Part shown: in pieces, positions 1 through 11,300 of the stretch
Position numbering within the stretch: the first letter of the stretch is position 1
Layout: every line of letters begins with the position of its first letter
Program-made: the position numbers and the translations under genes
Notes under the pieces: generated by a model
What the model was told of the DNA's origin: nothing
What the model saw: only the letters and a program-made list of their open reading frames with translations
Database searches by the model: none
From: Vitrella brassicaformis CCMP3155
Lineage: Eukaryota; Protista; Chromerida
Assembly: GCA_001179505.1 (NCBI GenBank)
Contig: CDMY01000027.1
Coordinates: 143,948-207,947 of the forward strand
Direction of reading: 5' to 3'
Length of the DNA stretch: 64,000 nt

Positions 1-635
1 TCCACCAGCCGGCAGGCCGCCGCAAGAGGCTCACAGAAGGCCGCTGCCGCATCGGACACCTCATCAGGCACGAGATGCAGATTGGCGAGCGGCACTGTGA
101 CGTAATCGGCAAAGCAGCCGTCCCTGTTGATAATGCCCAAGCAGGTGCGTGAGGGGCAGTGGTTTCTCCGCTGCACTGGGTCTGGGGGGGTCTCGGGGTG
201 ACATGCGGGGCAGGTGTCCTGGTCGCAGGGGAGGTTGATCTCTGCGACGACTCGCCTGGACAGGTATGGGTGAGAGGGGTCATCCCGCCCGTCGACGGCC
301 GTCACGCTGACCACCCGGCCGACGAACTCATGGCCGAGGATGCAGTGGAAGCCCTCCTTATAGCCCTTGAGGATCTCCTCGTCCTGATGACAATGGATGA
401 CGGACGGCAGGCAGATACACGCATACACAGAACAGAAGCATCATGATGCGATGCATGACAATGAGCGGCTCCATCTGCCCGACTGACTGACTGACTGGAT
501 CTTCGCCCGTGCGCTCACCGTCTTGCAGATGCCTGCCCTGAGCACACGAAGGAGGGCTTCGTCTGCCTGTGGGGTGGGTACTGGCAGATCTTCTCTCAAG
601 ACAGCTCTGCCGTCATCTACCTTGACGCCTCGCAT
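1..635 (-). CDS. Zn-dependent medium-chain alcohol dehydrogenase (MDR/GroES-like), 5' part; continues beyond window start
   Basis: Exon 1 (635-519) MRGVKVDDGRAVLREDLPVPTPQADEALLRVLRAGICKT, GT-AG intron 518-384, exon 2 (383-1) DEEILKGYKEGFHCILGHEFVGRVV...VVAEINLPCDQDTCPACH...NHCPSRTCLGIINRDGCFADYV...FCEPLAAA. Contains GxCxTD, GHEFVG and structural-Zn Cys motifs. Confidence 0.9.
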
Positions 636-1016
636 TGGCCGCAGCAGTTCTGTCCTTTCCCCTTGAAGTTCTCCCTCAAAGCGGTGGGTTGCCTTGCATC
701 CAATGCTTCCTTCTTCTGACTTGTGATTTTATCGACGTCACACAGATTCGTTCGTTCGTCAGCAAGGTCCCCGTGAGGTTAACGAACGAACGAACCCTCT
801 TTCTGACGCGAGCTTGATGACGATCGTGACCTCGTCGCAGTTTCTTCATCCCCCGAGCCTCCCTGTTAGCCTGCTGCCACGCTGTGCTGTCGGCCTATTG
901 ATCGTGAGCCCCGATCTGCGCAAAACCATCCTGTCGATACTGCACAAGAAGACACACAAGTCTTCGAGGTTGATGTGTTCAGCGGTCCTGTCCGGGGCGT
1001 GTCTGGTGTTCAGGGG

Positions 1017-2037
1017 ATGCTGCTTTCTCTATTCCTTTCTCTGCTGTGGGCTGCGAAGTGCGCCATCTCGGCCTTCCACGGGACGCTCCCCGTTGGGTTG
1101 GTTCTGCATCCAGCCAGTTTCCTGCACCAGAGACATCTGCAGCTGCAACGTCGCCTCTCTGCCGACTTCTCTGCCCTTTACCACAGAGAGAGTGTACAGT
1201 ACGTCAGAGTTTCACTGTGTCACACGCCATTTCTTGTATCATCCGTTTTTACAGGGCGACGAACGGCAGCTACGGGCGCTGCCTGACGAGAAGGCGGAAC
1301 TGGCCCCTGATCTGGCCCCTGATGCCAACCGATATACGGACGCAAAGCTGAAGGCGAATTGGGCGGTGTGTCATTTTGTGTGTGTGTGGGTGGGTGGGTG
1401 GGTGGGTGAGTGCTATGTGTTGCTATATCGTATACCCACTGTCTGTCTGTCTCTGTCTGTGTCTGTAGGATGGTTACCTTCGAATGGACGCCTATCTTCG
1501 ACAGCGAGTTGAAGAGAAAACAAGAGACCGAGATCTATATGAGGCACAGCTGGCGCAGTTGAATAAAGAGATGGCCGCCACACGAGCAGAAGGAAGGCTG
1601 CCATCACTTAGCGACACTGAGAAAGAGAAGCGGCTGTTGAAGCTCATAGACTCCTGCGATGCGCAAATCATAAACGTCGATGACAAACGTACAATCAATT
1701 GGTCCCAGCGGGTAGTTGGTCATCTTTTATGTTTTTCTCATGCAGGGCGTGAGCTTGTGAAGGTCGCAACAGAAGAATCAGCTCAGCGTTTGTCGCCCCT
1801 GTATCGGGCACAGCTAGGAAAAGGGGTGCGAGACAGAGCAGTGCCAAAGACATGCCAGGCACAGCTGTCATAGAGGCGTGAGTATGTGTGTCTGTGTGGG
1901 CAGAGCAGGCAGAGGTGCAGAAGCTCACCTCAGAAGCACAGCTGAATGCCGCAGAAACAAACCTCATATACTTCGTCTCTGCGGTCATCATGGTCGCCGT
2001 CCTTGCCTACGCGAATCACGTCCTCCGGGTGCTCTAA
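1017..2037 (+). CDS. Hypothetical protein with bipartite (signal + transit) peptide and C-terminal TM helix; probably plastid-targeted
   Basis: MLLSLFLSLLWAAKCAISA|FHGTLPVGLVLHPASFLHQRHLQLQRRLSA; in-phase GT-AG exons GDERQLRALPDEK... and DGYLRMDAYLRQRVEEK...; last exon ...AETNLIYFVSAVIMVAVLAYANHVLRVL* (TAA 2035-2037). Connectivity of the 1745-1877 exon is unresolved. Confidence 0.5.
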
Positions 2038-2352
2038 GTCCTGTCAGGCGCTGCAGGACCTAGCAGGACCTCCAGACGTCAAAAGAGGCGCCCGCCGCCC
2101 AGCAGACAGACAAGACGAATACACACAACTGGAAGCTGACCCAAGGGAGACATCGTGGACGGCAGCGGCACACCGACCTTGGAGCGAGAGCTGTGTGCGG
2201 CGTCCTGGATTGAAGCGCACCCTTCGCACGCCTGACGGATTGGGATCTGTCAGAGTATTTGCCTGCTGCTACTGGTTTTGCGTCGCGCCACGTCATGGCC
2301 TATTGTCACACTAGCGATCGTTTCATCCAGCTGGCTGTGTGTGGTTGCATCG

Positions 2353-2464
2353 AGGCAGGCAGGGAGGCAGGGATGGATGGATGGATGGATGGATGGAGGG
2401 AGGGAGGGAGGGAGGGAGGGAGGAAGGGATGGAGGGAGGGAGGGAGGGAGGGATGGAGGGAGGC
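2353..2464. repeat. (GGAT)n/(GGAG)n tetranucleotide microsatellite tract
   Basis: Direct reading: ggatggatggatggat...ggagggagggagggag. Confidence 0.95.
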
Positions 2465-2932
2465 AGTGCAAAAATACCATCCACTCCAGGAATGGGGGGT
2501 AGGAGTGGGGTGGGGTGGGTGTGTCTTGTCTGTGTGACCTTCGTTCGGCTCATTGAATCTGCACGTATGGATTCAATATGTATGTCATCGGGCAGACACA
2601 TACGTACACCGCACACAGGGTGTGGTCTACTCTGTCTCATCAGCAATTCATGTAGTCTCACTTGTCCGTCCGTCACACGCACGCACACGGAGCGATCGAT
2701 GGATTAGTCAGTCAGTCTGGGCTGCACAAACGCCTCGACCACTGACTGCATGCGCACATCACATCCTCTCCGACTGACAGTGACTGACAGCTCTTGTTCG
2801 ATCCCTGACCGACAAACAGATAAATACTGTCTACATGCACACACAACCAAAACAGGCCAACTGCAAAGAAAGAGTCCCGTCTAGCCTCCTTTCTCGTCCA
2901 TTCAGCTTCAGCCTCCGCTGCATGTCAGTCAG

Positions 2933-4720
2933 TCATTGCCCTCCCTCCTCCACACATCCCATCATCAGCGTCTCGTCCAGCTCGTCTATGAAGCGACAAG
3001 ACGAGCTAAGGGACGATGCACCACCCACAGTGGCAGCGGCACCGCCACAGCCGTGTGCACCGCTTGCGTCACCCTGTATCCGCGCATCACAGAACCAACA
3101 CACAATGACGCCACCAAGGCACTCGCTAGCCGGCCGTCGCCGGCCTCCCTTATTATGTACCTCCGTTTGCACATCGGCGCCATGTACAGGTGCGGCGAAG
3201 ATCTGTGCCATGCGATAGTGGTGCGCGTCTCGAGCCATGAGCACCTGATCGCCTGTCTGCTTTCCCCTTGGTGTCGATGCTGCCGCCTTGGCCTTGGCCA
3301 TCTTCTTGCTGCCTGCCTGGCGCGAGAGTCTGTCGCGGACCTGCTTGTGGACGGGACTGAAAGGGAGGCGCCGCATGTGCTCCAGATGGAGACGCTGGAC
3401 CAGGTCCCACAAACCGCTGGTGGACAAAGAAGGAGGCGACAGAGAGAGAGTGGGGAACAGGTATGTAAAATAGTCGATCGACGAACCATCGGTACGCCAG
3501 ACGGAGGAGCTCCTCATTTTTGAGCTCACAAACGCGCGTCCCTTGCTCATCACCTGCATGACACAACAGACAGAACATCAGCCCCATGGCACTTGTCAAC
3601 CAACCGCATGGAATGCATTGCTGGCCCGCCCACCCACGCACCGACCTGAGCGGCCTTTGAGGCGGATGCATCGCCTCAGCATTTCTCTCCCGCCGTCACC
3701 CAGCGTCAGGGTCATGCCGTCTTCATACTCAAAGCGCTGCACCCACACATGCACAGCACATACAATACAGAAACACGAGCAGAGCACGGGACGTTCATTC
3801 ATGTACATAAATGTACCGACCCACCGACCGACCGACCAAACTCACTCACTCACCAATTTGGGCGGTATGGTCGAAGCGTCGGAGAGCCGCAGCAGGTCGT
3901 CCTTGCGGATCTTCAGCCCTTGTATGGTGACCTCCTCCACGCCCGTATCCCTTGTCCGCAGGTATCCCTCCACCTTGGCGTGTCGCGACTTGCCGGGCGG
4001 CGGCCGATATCGGCCGCCCTCCTCTATTATCATCTCGCCCGTTGTGGCCACCTCCAGCAACTTGGGCACCCGCGGACCTGTGGGCACCCCTCGTTGTGGC
4101 ACGGGCTCGTCGTCGTCGTTGTCCTCGTCCTGATCGTAATCGTCATCCTCATCCCAGCTCCCCTCACCGTCGTCGGCACAGGGGTCCTCAGGCATCATGA
4201 TGCCTGGGGGAGTAGGCGTCACCGTCGTGCTGCTGTAGGCTTTTGCCTCCTGTTTGACGGCAGCTCTCGCTCTCTGCCGTGCCAGCTCATTCAGGGCAGC
4301 GTCGCGTTGAGCTTCGACCTGCATGCAACCATCCATCCATCCATCCATCCATCCAGTGGCCACAGAAAGGAATCCACGTGTGTGTTGTGTGCGTCAGGCA
4401 ACACCTGTTGGCAGCGTCGCTTCCATTGGTCTCTCTGGGCTTCGAGCTCAGCGATTCGTTTCCTCGATTCGTGCCGAGGAGTTCCACGATATCCAGGAAG
4501 CATGGAACCTCGGCTGAGGTCTGCAGGCAACAAGGAAGCAAGGCAGCGTGGAAGTAGCAGACAGACACACGCAGACGCACGAAGGATGTGCGCACCATTG
4601 AGCGGTTGCTGACAGCAGCGACTCGTCCTGAGCAGCAAACGCACACACACAACGCCAGGTCGATGAACCATGAACACACACGAGCGATGGTACCTGTAGC
4701 CCCTGAGGAAATCTAGCCTC
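2933..4720 (-). CDS. Hypothetical protein (N-terminal coiled coil, acidic tract), multi-exon
   Basis: In-phase exons ...DLSRGSMLPGYRGTPRHESRKRIAELEAQRDQWKRRCQQ | VEAQRDAALNELARQRARA...DEDDDYDQDEDNDDDE...IPPKL | RFEYEDGMTLTLGDGG... | ...GLWDLVQRLHLEHMRR...; start not defined. Confidence 0.55.
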
Positions 4721-4900
4721 TGAGGATCTCCTCGTTCTGCCTGCCTTGAGGATCTCCTCGTTCTGCCTGCCTCAGATACACACAGAACAGCATTCACTGA
4801 CTGACTGACTTTGACTGACTGGATCTTCCCTCCTGCACAGATCTCCCTTCTCTGCTCACCGTCGTGCAGACGCCTGCTCTGACCTGACGAAGTAGCCACT
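4695..4900 (-). pseudogene. Degenerate duplicate of the ADH exon1/intron1/exon2 junction
   Basis: Matches 360-550: gctcaccgtcgtgcagacgcctgctctgac vs gctcaccgtcttgcagatgcctgccctgag; gactgactggatcttc; cagatacacacagaacagca; tgaggatctcctcgt (present twice). Translates LLRQVRAGVCTT vs ADH LLRVLRAGICKT. Confidence 0.8.
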
Positions 4901-5334
4901 CGACTCGAGGTGGCGAGCTTGAGACTGGGGCGTCGTGCCCCCCCGCGTCTCGTCAAACGCATAACGACCGACCGACCCAGGGAGAGGGATTCTATCATCT
5001 TTTCAGGTGAATGCGATGCACATAAATCTGTCAAGTGGCTCTCTCATCCCTTTCATGCAGCAACACAGGCCTCCTATAGCTACATACATACATCGCCGGT
5101 GCCCTCCGCATTTGAGTCAATCAGTGGCTAGTCGTTGCTCGGCTCGGCCCTTCGGGCCTCGCCTTCGCCACACATATACATCGATGGAGCCGAGTGCAAG
5201 TAGCTACACACATCGCATGACCAGAACTTTCACGGCCTTTCGCACAGGCAATAGAGAAATACAAGCAACAACCTCTGCGATTCCTTGGTACTGTATGTCA
5301 AATGTAAGTGCCTGGAACAGGGTGTTGCTGGCAC

Positions 5335-8300
5335 TCAGTCATCATCTTCTTCGTCGAGGGTGGTGATGTTCTGCAGCGCCTCTCGATGACACCTCAACCG
5401 TTGGTGTATCTGCTCCACACGGTCGTTGAGCGTGTTGAACGACTCCAACCGACGGGCCTCCTGTGTCATCAAGGACCTGAAAGAGACACACAAGACAAAG
5501 ACGGTGTCTCCAGTGACTCGACATCAAGGCGGCAGCTCACTCGAGCGCCCGTGCGTGTCGTCGAATGCCCTCCGGTTCGTCCCCCTCCCTCAGACGAGCA
5601 AGTCTTAGCGCAGGGGGAGGCGGCGGAGGCGTGTGAGACCGACGCGGCTGGGGCACACAGGTGGACTTAGGCCGACAGGGCGGCGGCTCCCAATGTGGCG
5701 CAGGGTTCGTCACGCTGGGAGGTGGGGCGGCCAGATTCGGTGGCGACATGTTCTGTTCTGTCCTGGCGTCGTTGCGCCAGCGAGTGCCGCTGCCGTACAG
5801 ACGCGTGTCTCGCTCGCCTGGCTGGCCCCGAAAAGTGGTCGATGTCGACTCGACCTGATCAAACTGATAAGACGAATGGGAAAGACTGTATGTGACGCTC
5901 CCACTTGCACTTCGCGACTGTTTCCTTACCTGTTCTCGGACGTTTCGGCGGAGGTCTTTCTGTGCTCGTTCCATGCGACCCTGTCTCTGCAACTGCCAGT
6001 CGCGTTCACATGGTTGTGGGACGGTCACTTGACACCGCCTGTAACAGCACATCAAGGCAGAGCATGTCGCTTTCGTGTATCGTTCAAAGGGTGCTCACCT
6101 TGCTTTGCATATTTCGCTTTTGAGGAACGAAAACTCCGAGTTCATCTTGTCGAGGTCAGCCCTGACCTGCTCCCTCTGCTTCAGGGTCCGCCGAAGCGCC
6201 TCGTCCAGCTCCGAGACGGCTGACGCATACTTGTGCACTTTTGCGTCCGTCTGCTGTCGCTCGGGAGGCGCCTCTGCCGCAGGCAGAAGGGCCGCTGCCT
6301 CTGAGCCCCGCCCTTTCCCCTCTGTCTGCTCTTTCAGCTTGTTGACGCACAGCAGGGCTCCATGCAGGTCTTTGTTCGTCTGATCCACCAACTCCTGGGC
6401 CTCCCGCAGGCACCCATTCAGCCGATCAGTGACCTCCTGCAGCTCGCTGCCGCCCATCGTCTGCTGCCCTTTGGTCTTCATACGGTTGAGCACTGATGTC
6501 TGCATCTCCTGCAGAAGCCGAGACAGATGCTGCTGGTCCGAGGCATGGCCACGCAGCCGATTTCTGAGAATGTCGGCCAGACGATCAGCCTCAGTGATGC
6601 CGTGTTTCAGGCGCTGAGCTTCGTCGTCCGAGATTGCTGCTTGAGGGCTGCCGAGGCAATCCAGCGCCTTGCTCATCCGCTCAAATAGTTCGGCGCCTGC
6701 CTGTTTAGCATCCTCCATTTCCCGCCGCGCCTCGCTGAGAGCGCTCCGGTGGTTCTTGAGCACACTGCGGACTTCCCTCAGACGTACCTCACCATCTTGA
6801 GAAACAAGCAAATAGATGCAATTTTAATTCCATGCTCATCGTATCAGTAGAAGATTTGTTTCACCTTGAATGGCGACTGCCTCCCCGACGGGTGTGCCTT
6901 TGTCCTTCTCAAGCTGTGCAAGCTTGTCAGACAAGACATCCCTCTCATGAGCAATCGCCTCCATGCCCTCCTCGGCCTTGCGCAGAGCCTCAGTGGCGCT
7001 CTTTACCTCCTTGGTGAGCTCCTCAATCGTGTCAGCGGCATCCTTGTGCTGCCCGGCCAAGCGGTCCCTCTCCTCTTCGGCCTGATGAAGAGCCCTTTCT
7101 GCCGCAGCGACGCCCTCAGCCTGCTTGTGGAGCTTCTCTGTCATCTCCGCAAGGGTGACGGCATTTTGTGCGTCCTGACTGAGAAGCTCTTCTTGTCTTT
7201 CCTTGGCCGCACGTGCCTCCTCTCTTGCTTCCTCCAGTGCGGCCGTCTCTCCCTCCAGCTGTGCCTTGAGGCTGGCCATCTTGGATGATGTCTCGATGTC
7301 CTTGGCCTCCACTTCAGCCTTCTCTCGCCTCATTTGGTCAAGCTTAGCCCGAGCCGACTCCAGTGCACTTGTCTCGTGCTCCAGCCTCTCGGCCAGCTGG
7401 TTGCGATCGCGCTGCAGGTCGTCCTTCGCCTTTCTTGCGGCTTCTGCGGCTTTTCGTTCGCTGCCCAGCTGCTCAGAGAGGGTCGTCAGCCGGTTGGCGG
7501 AGTCTTGATATTGCTGCTCCAGACGAGGAATCTCGGCGCTCTGTGCCTCGAGGCGATGATTGGCGGACTCCAAGCGCCTGATTTTGTCGCGTTCTTCGTC
7601 AAGACATGCTTTCTGCTTGTGCATGGTGGCGGTGAGGGACGCCACTGCTCGCTCCTTCTCCCTCTCCGCGTCCAGCTTGGCTTCGTTGGCCTCTTGCATT
7701 GCCTTCTTGGCCGCCAGCACCTCGTCGGCCTGCTTGCGGAGGTTCTCGCTGAGGGTCGACACCGACTGGGCCAAGCTGTTTCGTTTGGCAGCCTGGGTGT
7801 CGCTGTCGTCCCTCAGGCGCTTGAGCTCACGCTGGGCGGCGGCCAGGTCAGCCTTTGCCTTCTCTGCTTCTTCCGACAGTGTTGCCGTCTTGGCCATGGC
7901 CTCGTGCTGACGCTCCTTCCAGAACCCCGCCTCACGCTGAGCCTCGGTGAGGTCGTCTGTCTTGGCCGCGAGAGCCGATGTCTCCCTTGCCAGCAGCGCC
8001 TCTAGTCGCGTTACTTTCTCAAGAATCTCTTGCTGGGTCGACTCGAGCGCGACGCACTCCTCTTCGGCCTTTTCCGCTCTCTGAGTCGCCTCCGTGAGGG
8101 CAATCGATCCTCGTCGAAGCTCTTGCGCAAGCCGTCCTGATTGTTCCTCAAGATCGTCTTTCTCTTTCTGTAGCTCCTCGAGGTATCGCTGGCCCGACTC
8201 TGCTGCTTCCTGGGCAATCTGGAGCTCTTTCTCGAGGCGCTCTTCTTCGCTGACTGCCTTGGTGTTCTCTGTCCGCAATTTCTCGACCTCGGCTTGTGTC

Positions 8301-11300
8301 TCGTCCTTGGTAGCCTCCAATCTGCTGTTGAGCTGGGCCACCTCATGTTCCAGGTGCTCGATGCGCTGCCGCGCTTCATTGAGCGCCGTGGTTCCCTTGG
8401 CAAGAGTCTCATTCAGGTCCTCCACTGTAGCCTCCGCTTCTGCTTTTTCTTTCTCGAGTCGCTCTATCTTGTCTCGTGCCTCGGTGAGTGCCGCCGTTCC
8501 CTCCTCGAGGCGACGGTTGTACTCCTCATCGGCCGACGCGAGCGCTGCGCTGCCCTCGGTCAGCTTCTGCTTGAGGTCAGATATCGTCTCGGACATGCCC
8601 TGGCTGGACTCCTTCAGTGCAGCCTCGCTGGCCCTGAGCTTCTCCATCTCCTCCACGGCGGCGGCCTGGGCGGCGGACTCTTTCTCAAGGGCACTTTCGA
8701 GCTCTTTAGCACGCGCCAGCACCTCATCATGACTCTTTGCAGCCTCCTGTCGCTGGTGCTCTAGACCCTCGATAGTCTTCTTGGCCTCCTCAAGTGCTGT
8801 GGTCTTCTCTCGCAGCTCCTCTTGCAAGGCAGCGAGACTCGCGGAGGCCTGCTGGGAGCTTTCCTTCAACTGGGTCTCCAGCGTTGCGATCCGTCCCTGA
8901 GCGGTAGCTAACTCCTTTGACTCTTCCTCCAGCTCTGCAACCACCGTTTCCAGCTTCTCTGTGAGCGTTTGCACTGATCGCTCCGTGTCTCCCTCGCGTT
9001 TCTCAAGGGCCTCCTTGATCTTGTTGAGGCTCTCCAGCTGGTCACGCACAGAGGCCAGCGCAGAGGCGTCCTCCAGCCCTTTCTCGGTAAGCGCGGCGAT
9101 CTCGTCTTTGAGGGACTTCTGCTCCCTCTCCAGCCGATTGTTTTCCTCCCGTGAGGCCTGCAGGTCCTGCAGCGCTTTGGAGAGGCTGCCCTCGCCCGTG
9201 GTGGAACGCTGCAAGTACAGACACACAAACGGATGCAATTGGACGGATGCGTACATCTGCGCACCTCTTCGAGACTCTTGACAGCGGCGGTTGCCAATTC
9301 TAGCGCTTGCTTGGTCCTTTCCTGCTCATCGAGAGCCTCTGCCAGTTTCTCACGGGTTTCCGTCAGCGTCTCATCCACCTCAGCTTTCTCTCTCTCGAGT
9401 CTGTCCACCATGGCCCCGACCTCAGCCCTTTCCCTTTCGAGCCCATCCAGCGTGACATCCGCCTCCGCCTTTTCTTTCTCTAGCCTCTCTATCTTGTCTC
9501 GTGCCTCGGTGAGTGCCGCCGCTCCCTCCTCGAGGCGACGGTTGTACTCCTCATCGGCCGACGCGAGCGCTGCGCTGCCCTCGGCCAGCTTCTGCTTGAG
9601 GTCAGATATCTCGCTCGTCATCTGCTCATTTGACTCTGTCAATGCCTCCTCGCTTGTTCGCAACCTCTCCATCTCCTCGATAGCGGTGCTGAGGGCGGCG
9701 GACTCCTTCTCAAGGGCAGTCTCGAGCTCTTTTGTACGCGCCAGCACCTTCTTATGATCCCTGGCTGCCTCCTGCCGCTGGTGCTCCAGACCCTCGATAG
9801 TCTTCTTGGCCTCTGCTTCAAAGCTGCGAGCGGAAGCCTCTTGTGTCCGGAGTCTGTCGATGAGCGCCCGCTTCTCTTCATCGAATTGTCGCTGCATCAC
9901 ATGCCTCACAAGCTGCCCGACCGTGCGGATAGCCGTCGTCTCAGTGATCCAGCGGGTATTCTGCGTCTCCATCTCACTCTTCAATGCGGCGATGCTTTCA
10001 TTGGCCTCTTCAAGCTGTTCTTCGCATCGAGTCACCTCCGCCCGGAGCCTCTGGACTTCTTCTTTGGCGTTTCGGAATGTGCCGTCAGGCAGCGATCGCA
10101 CCGAGCGCGCCGACACTGGTGTTGCCGCGCCACCTTCCCAGTCGCCCGAGTTGCCTCCATAGATGCTTCCCAGCTCAGCCTCCTCAAGTTTCTGCGTCAG
10201 TGCGCGGCTCACAGCGGCACTCACGGCCTTGCTGGCCTCCATCCGCCTCTTTGCGTCATCGAGCTGTTTCAGGTAGTCTTGCTGCTGAGCGTAGAGGTTG
10301 TGTCGGAGGATGCTGAGGGCTTCCTGTGCGTCGAGGAGGGTCGATTCCATGATGGCGCTGTCTCGCTGCAAATCTGCGATGTACTTGTTTAGCTGCTCAT
10401 TCTCCACGTTGAGCTCGACGACTTGCGCAGCTTGGCGTCGCATGAGGAAGGTGTTCGCCTTCAACAAGCCGTGCTGGACAGCGCTCGCGACCACGCGGGC
10501 TGCCTCTGCCTTGATCCTGTTGTTATCAAGGTCTTTCTGCAATCGGCGATGCTCCTCGGGGTCCACCTCAGGCTCTTTGGATTTCTCCCTCTCAAGGATC
10601 GTCTCCAGACGCTGAGATTCAGCAATGGCATACAGCTTCGCCAGCGTCAGTTTTGCCGCAAAGATGGCCGTGTCTCTGCCTTGCTGATCCGAGGTCTCCT
10701 GCAGGAGGGCCAAGGCGGCATGGGCATCTCTCGCCTGCTTGCTTGCCGTGGCTGCGAAGGCTTGGATGGTCTCGGCGTCTCCTTTCATCTTCTCGATCTC
10801 TTTGACGAGGGTTTCGATGTTGTCTCGCAGTTCCTGGACCATTTTCCTCTCAGCAGCCTGCTCGAGCCGCTTGTGGCCCAATAGGTCGACCGCTCTCTGC
10901 AGCTCCTCCAGAAGGCGCTGCTCCTTGCCTTTGTGCGTCAGGATGTCGTCTTTCAGATGCTGGATCTGGTTTTCGAGGTGCTGGTTGGCCTCGCCGACAC
11001 CCCAGATGTTCTCGATCGCTTTGAAGAGGCCCTTTGTGCGTGTCTCCATCTCTTGGCGAAGTCGCCGCAGCTCTGGGTCTTCTTCGTGATCAACTGGAAG
11101 CGAAGAGTTTGTGGGGTTGTCAGTAGGGTTGTCCATCACCACCATGACATTTCTCTCCAGCTCCTTCTCCTCCGCCGCCCTCAGCTCTTCCGAGATACCG
11201 AAGAGAGCTGCCAGCGCATCCTCGAAGGTCGGAGGCTTTTTGTCGTCTGTGTCCTGTCTTTCAGCTGGCTTGACGCTCTGCAGCATGTTTTTTATCTCCG

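Noticed and set aside
2250-2777. ORFs such as PPSLPPSLPPS / GGREGGREGG
   Set aside because: Translations of the (GGAG/GGAT)n microsatellite
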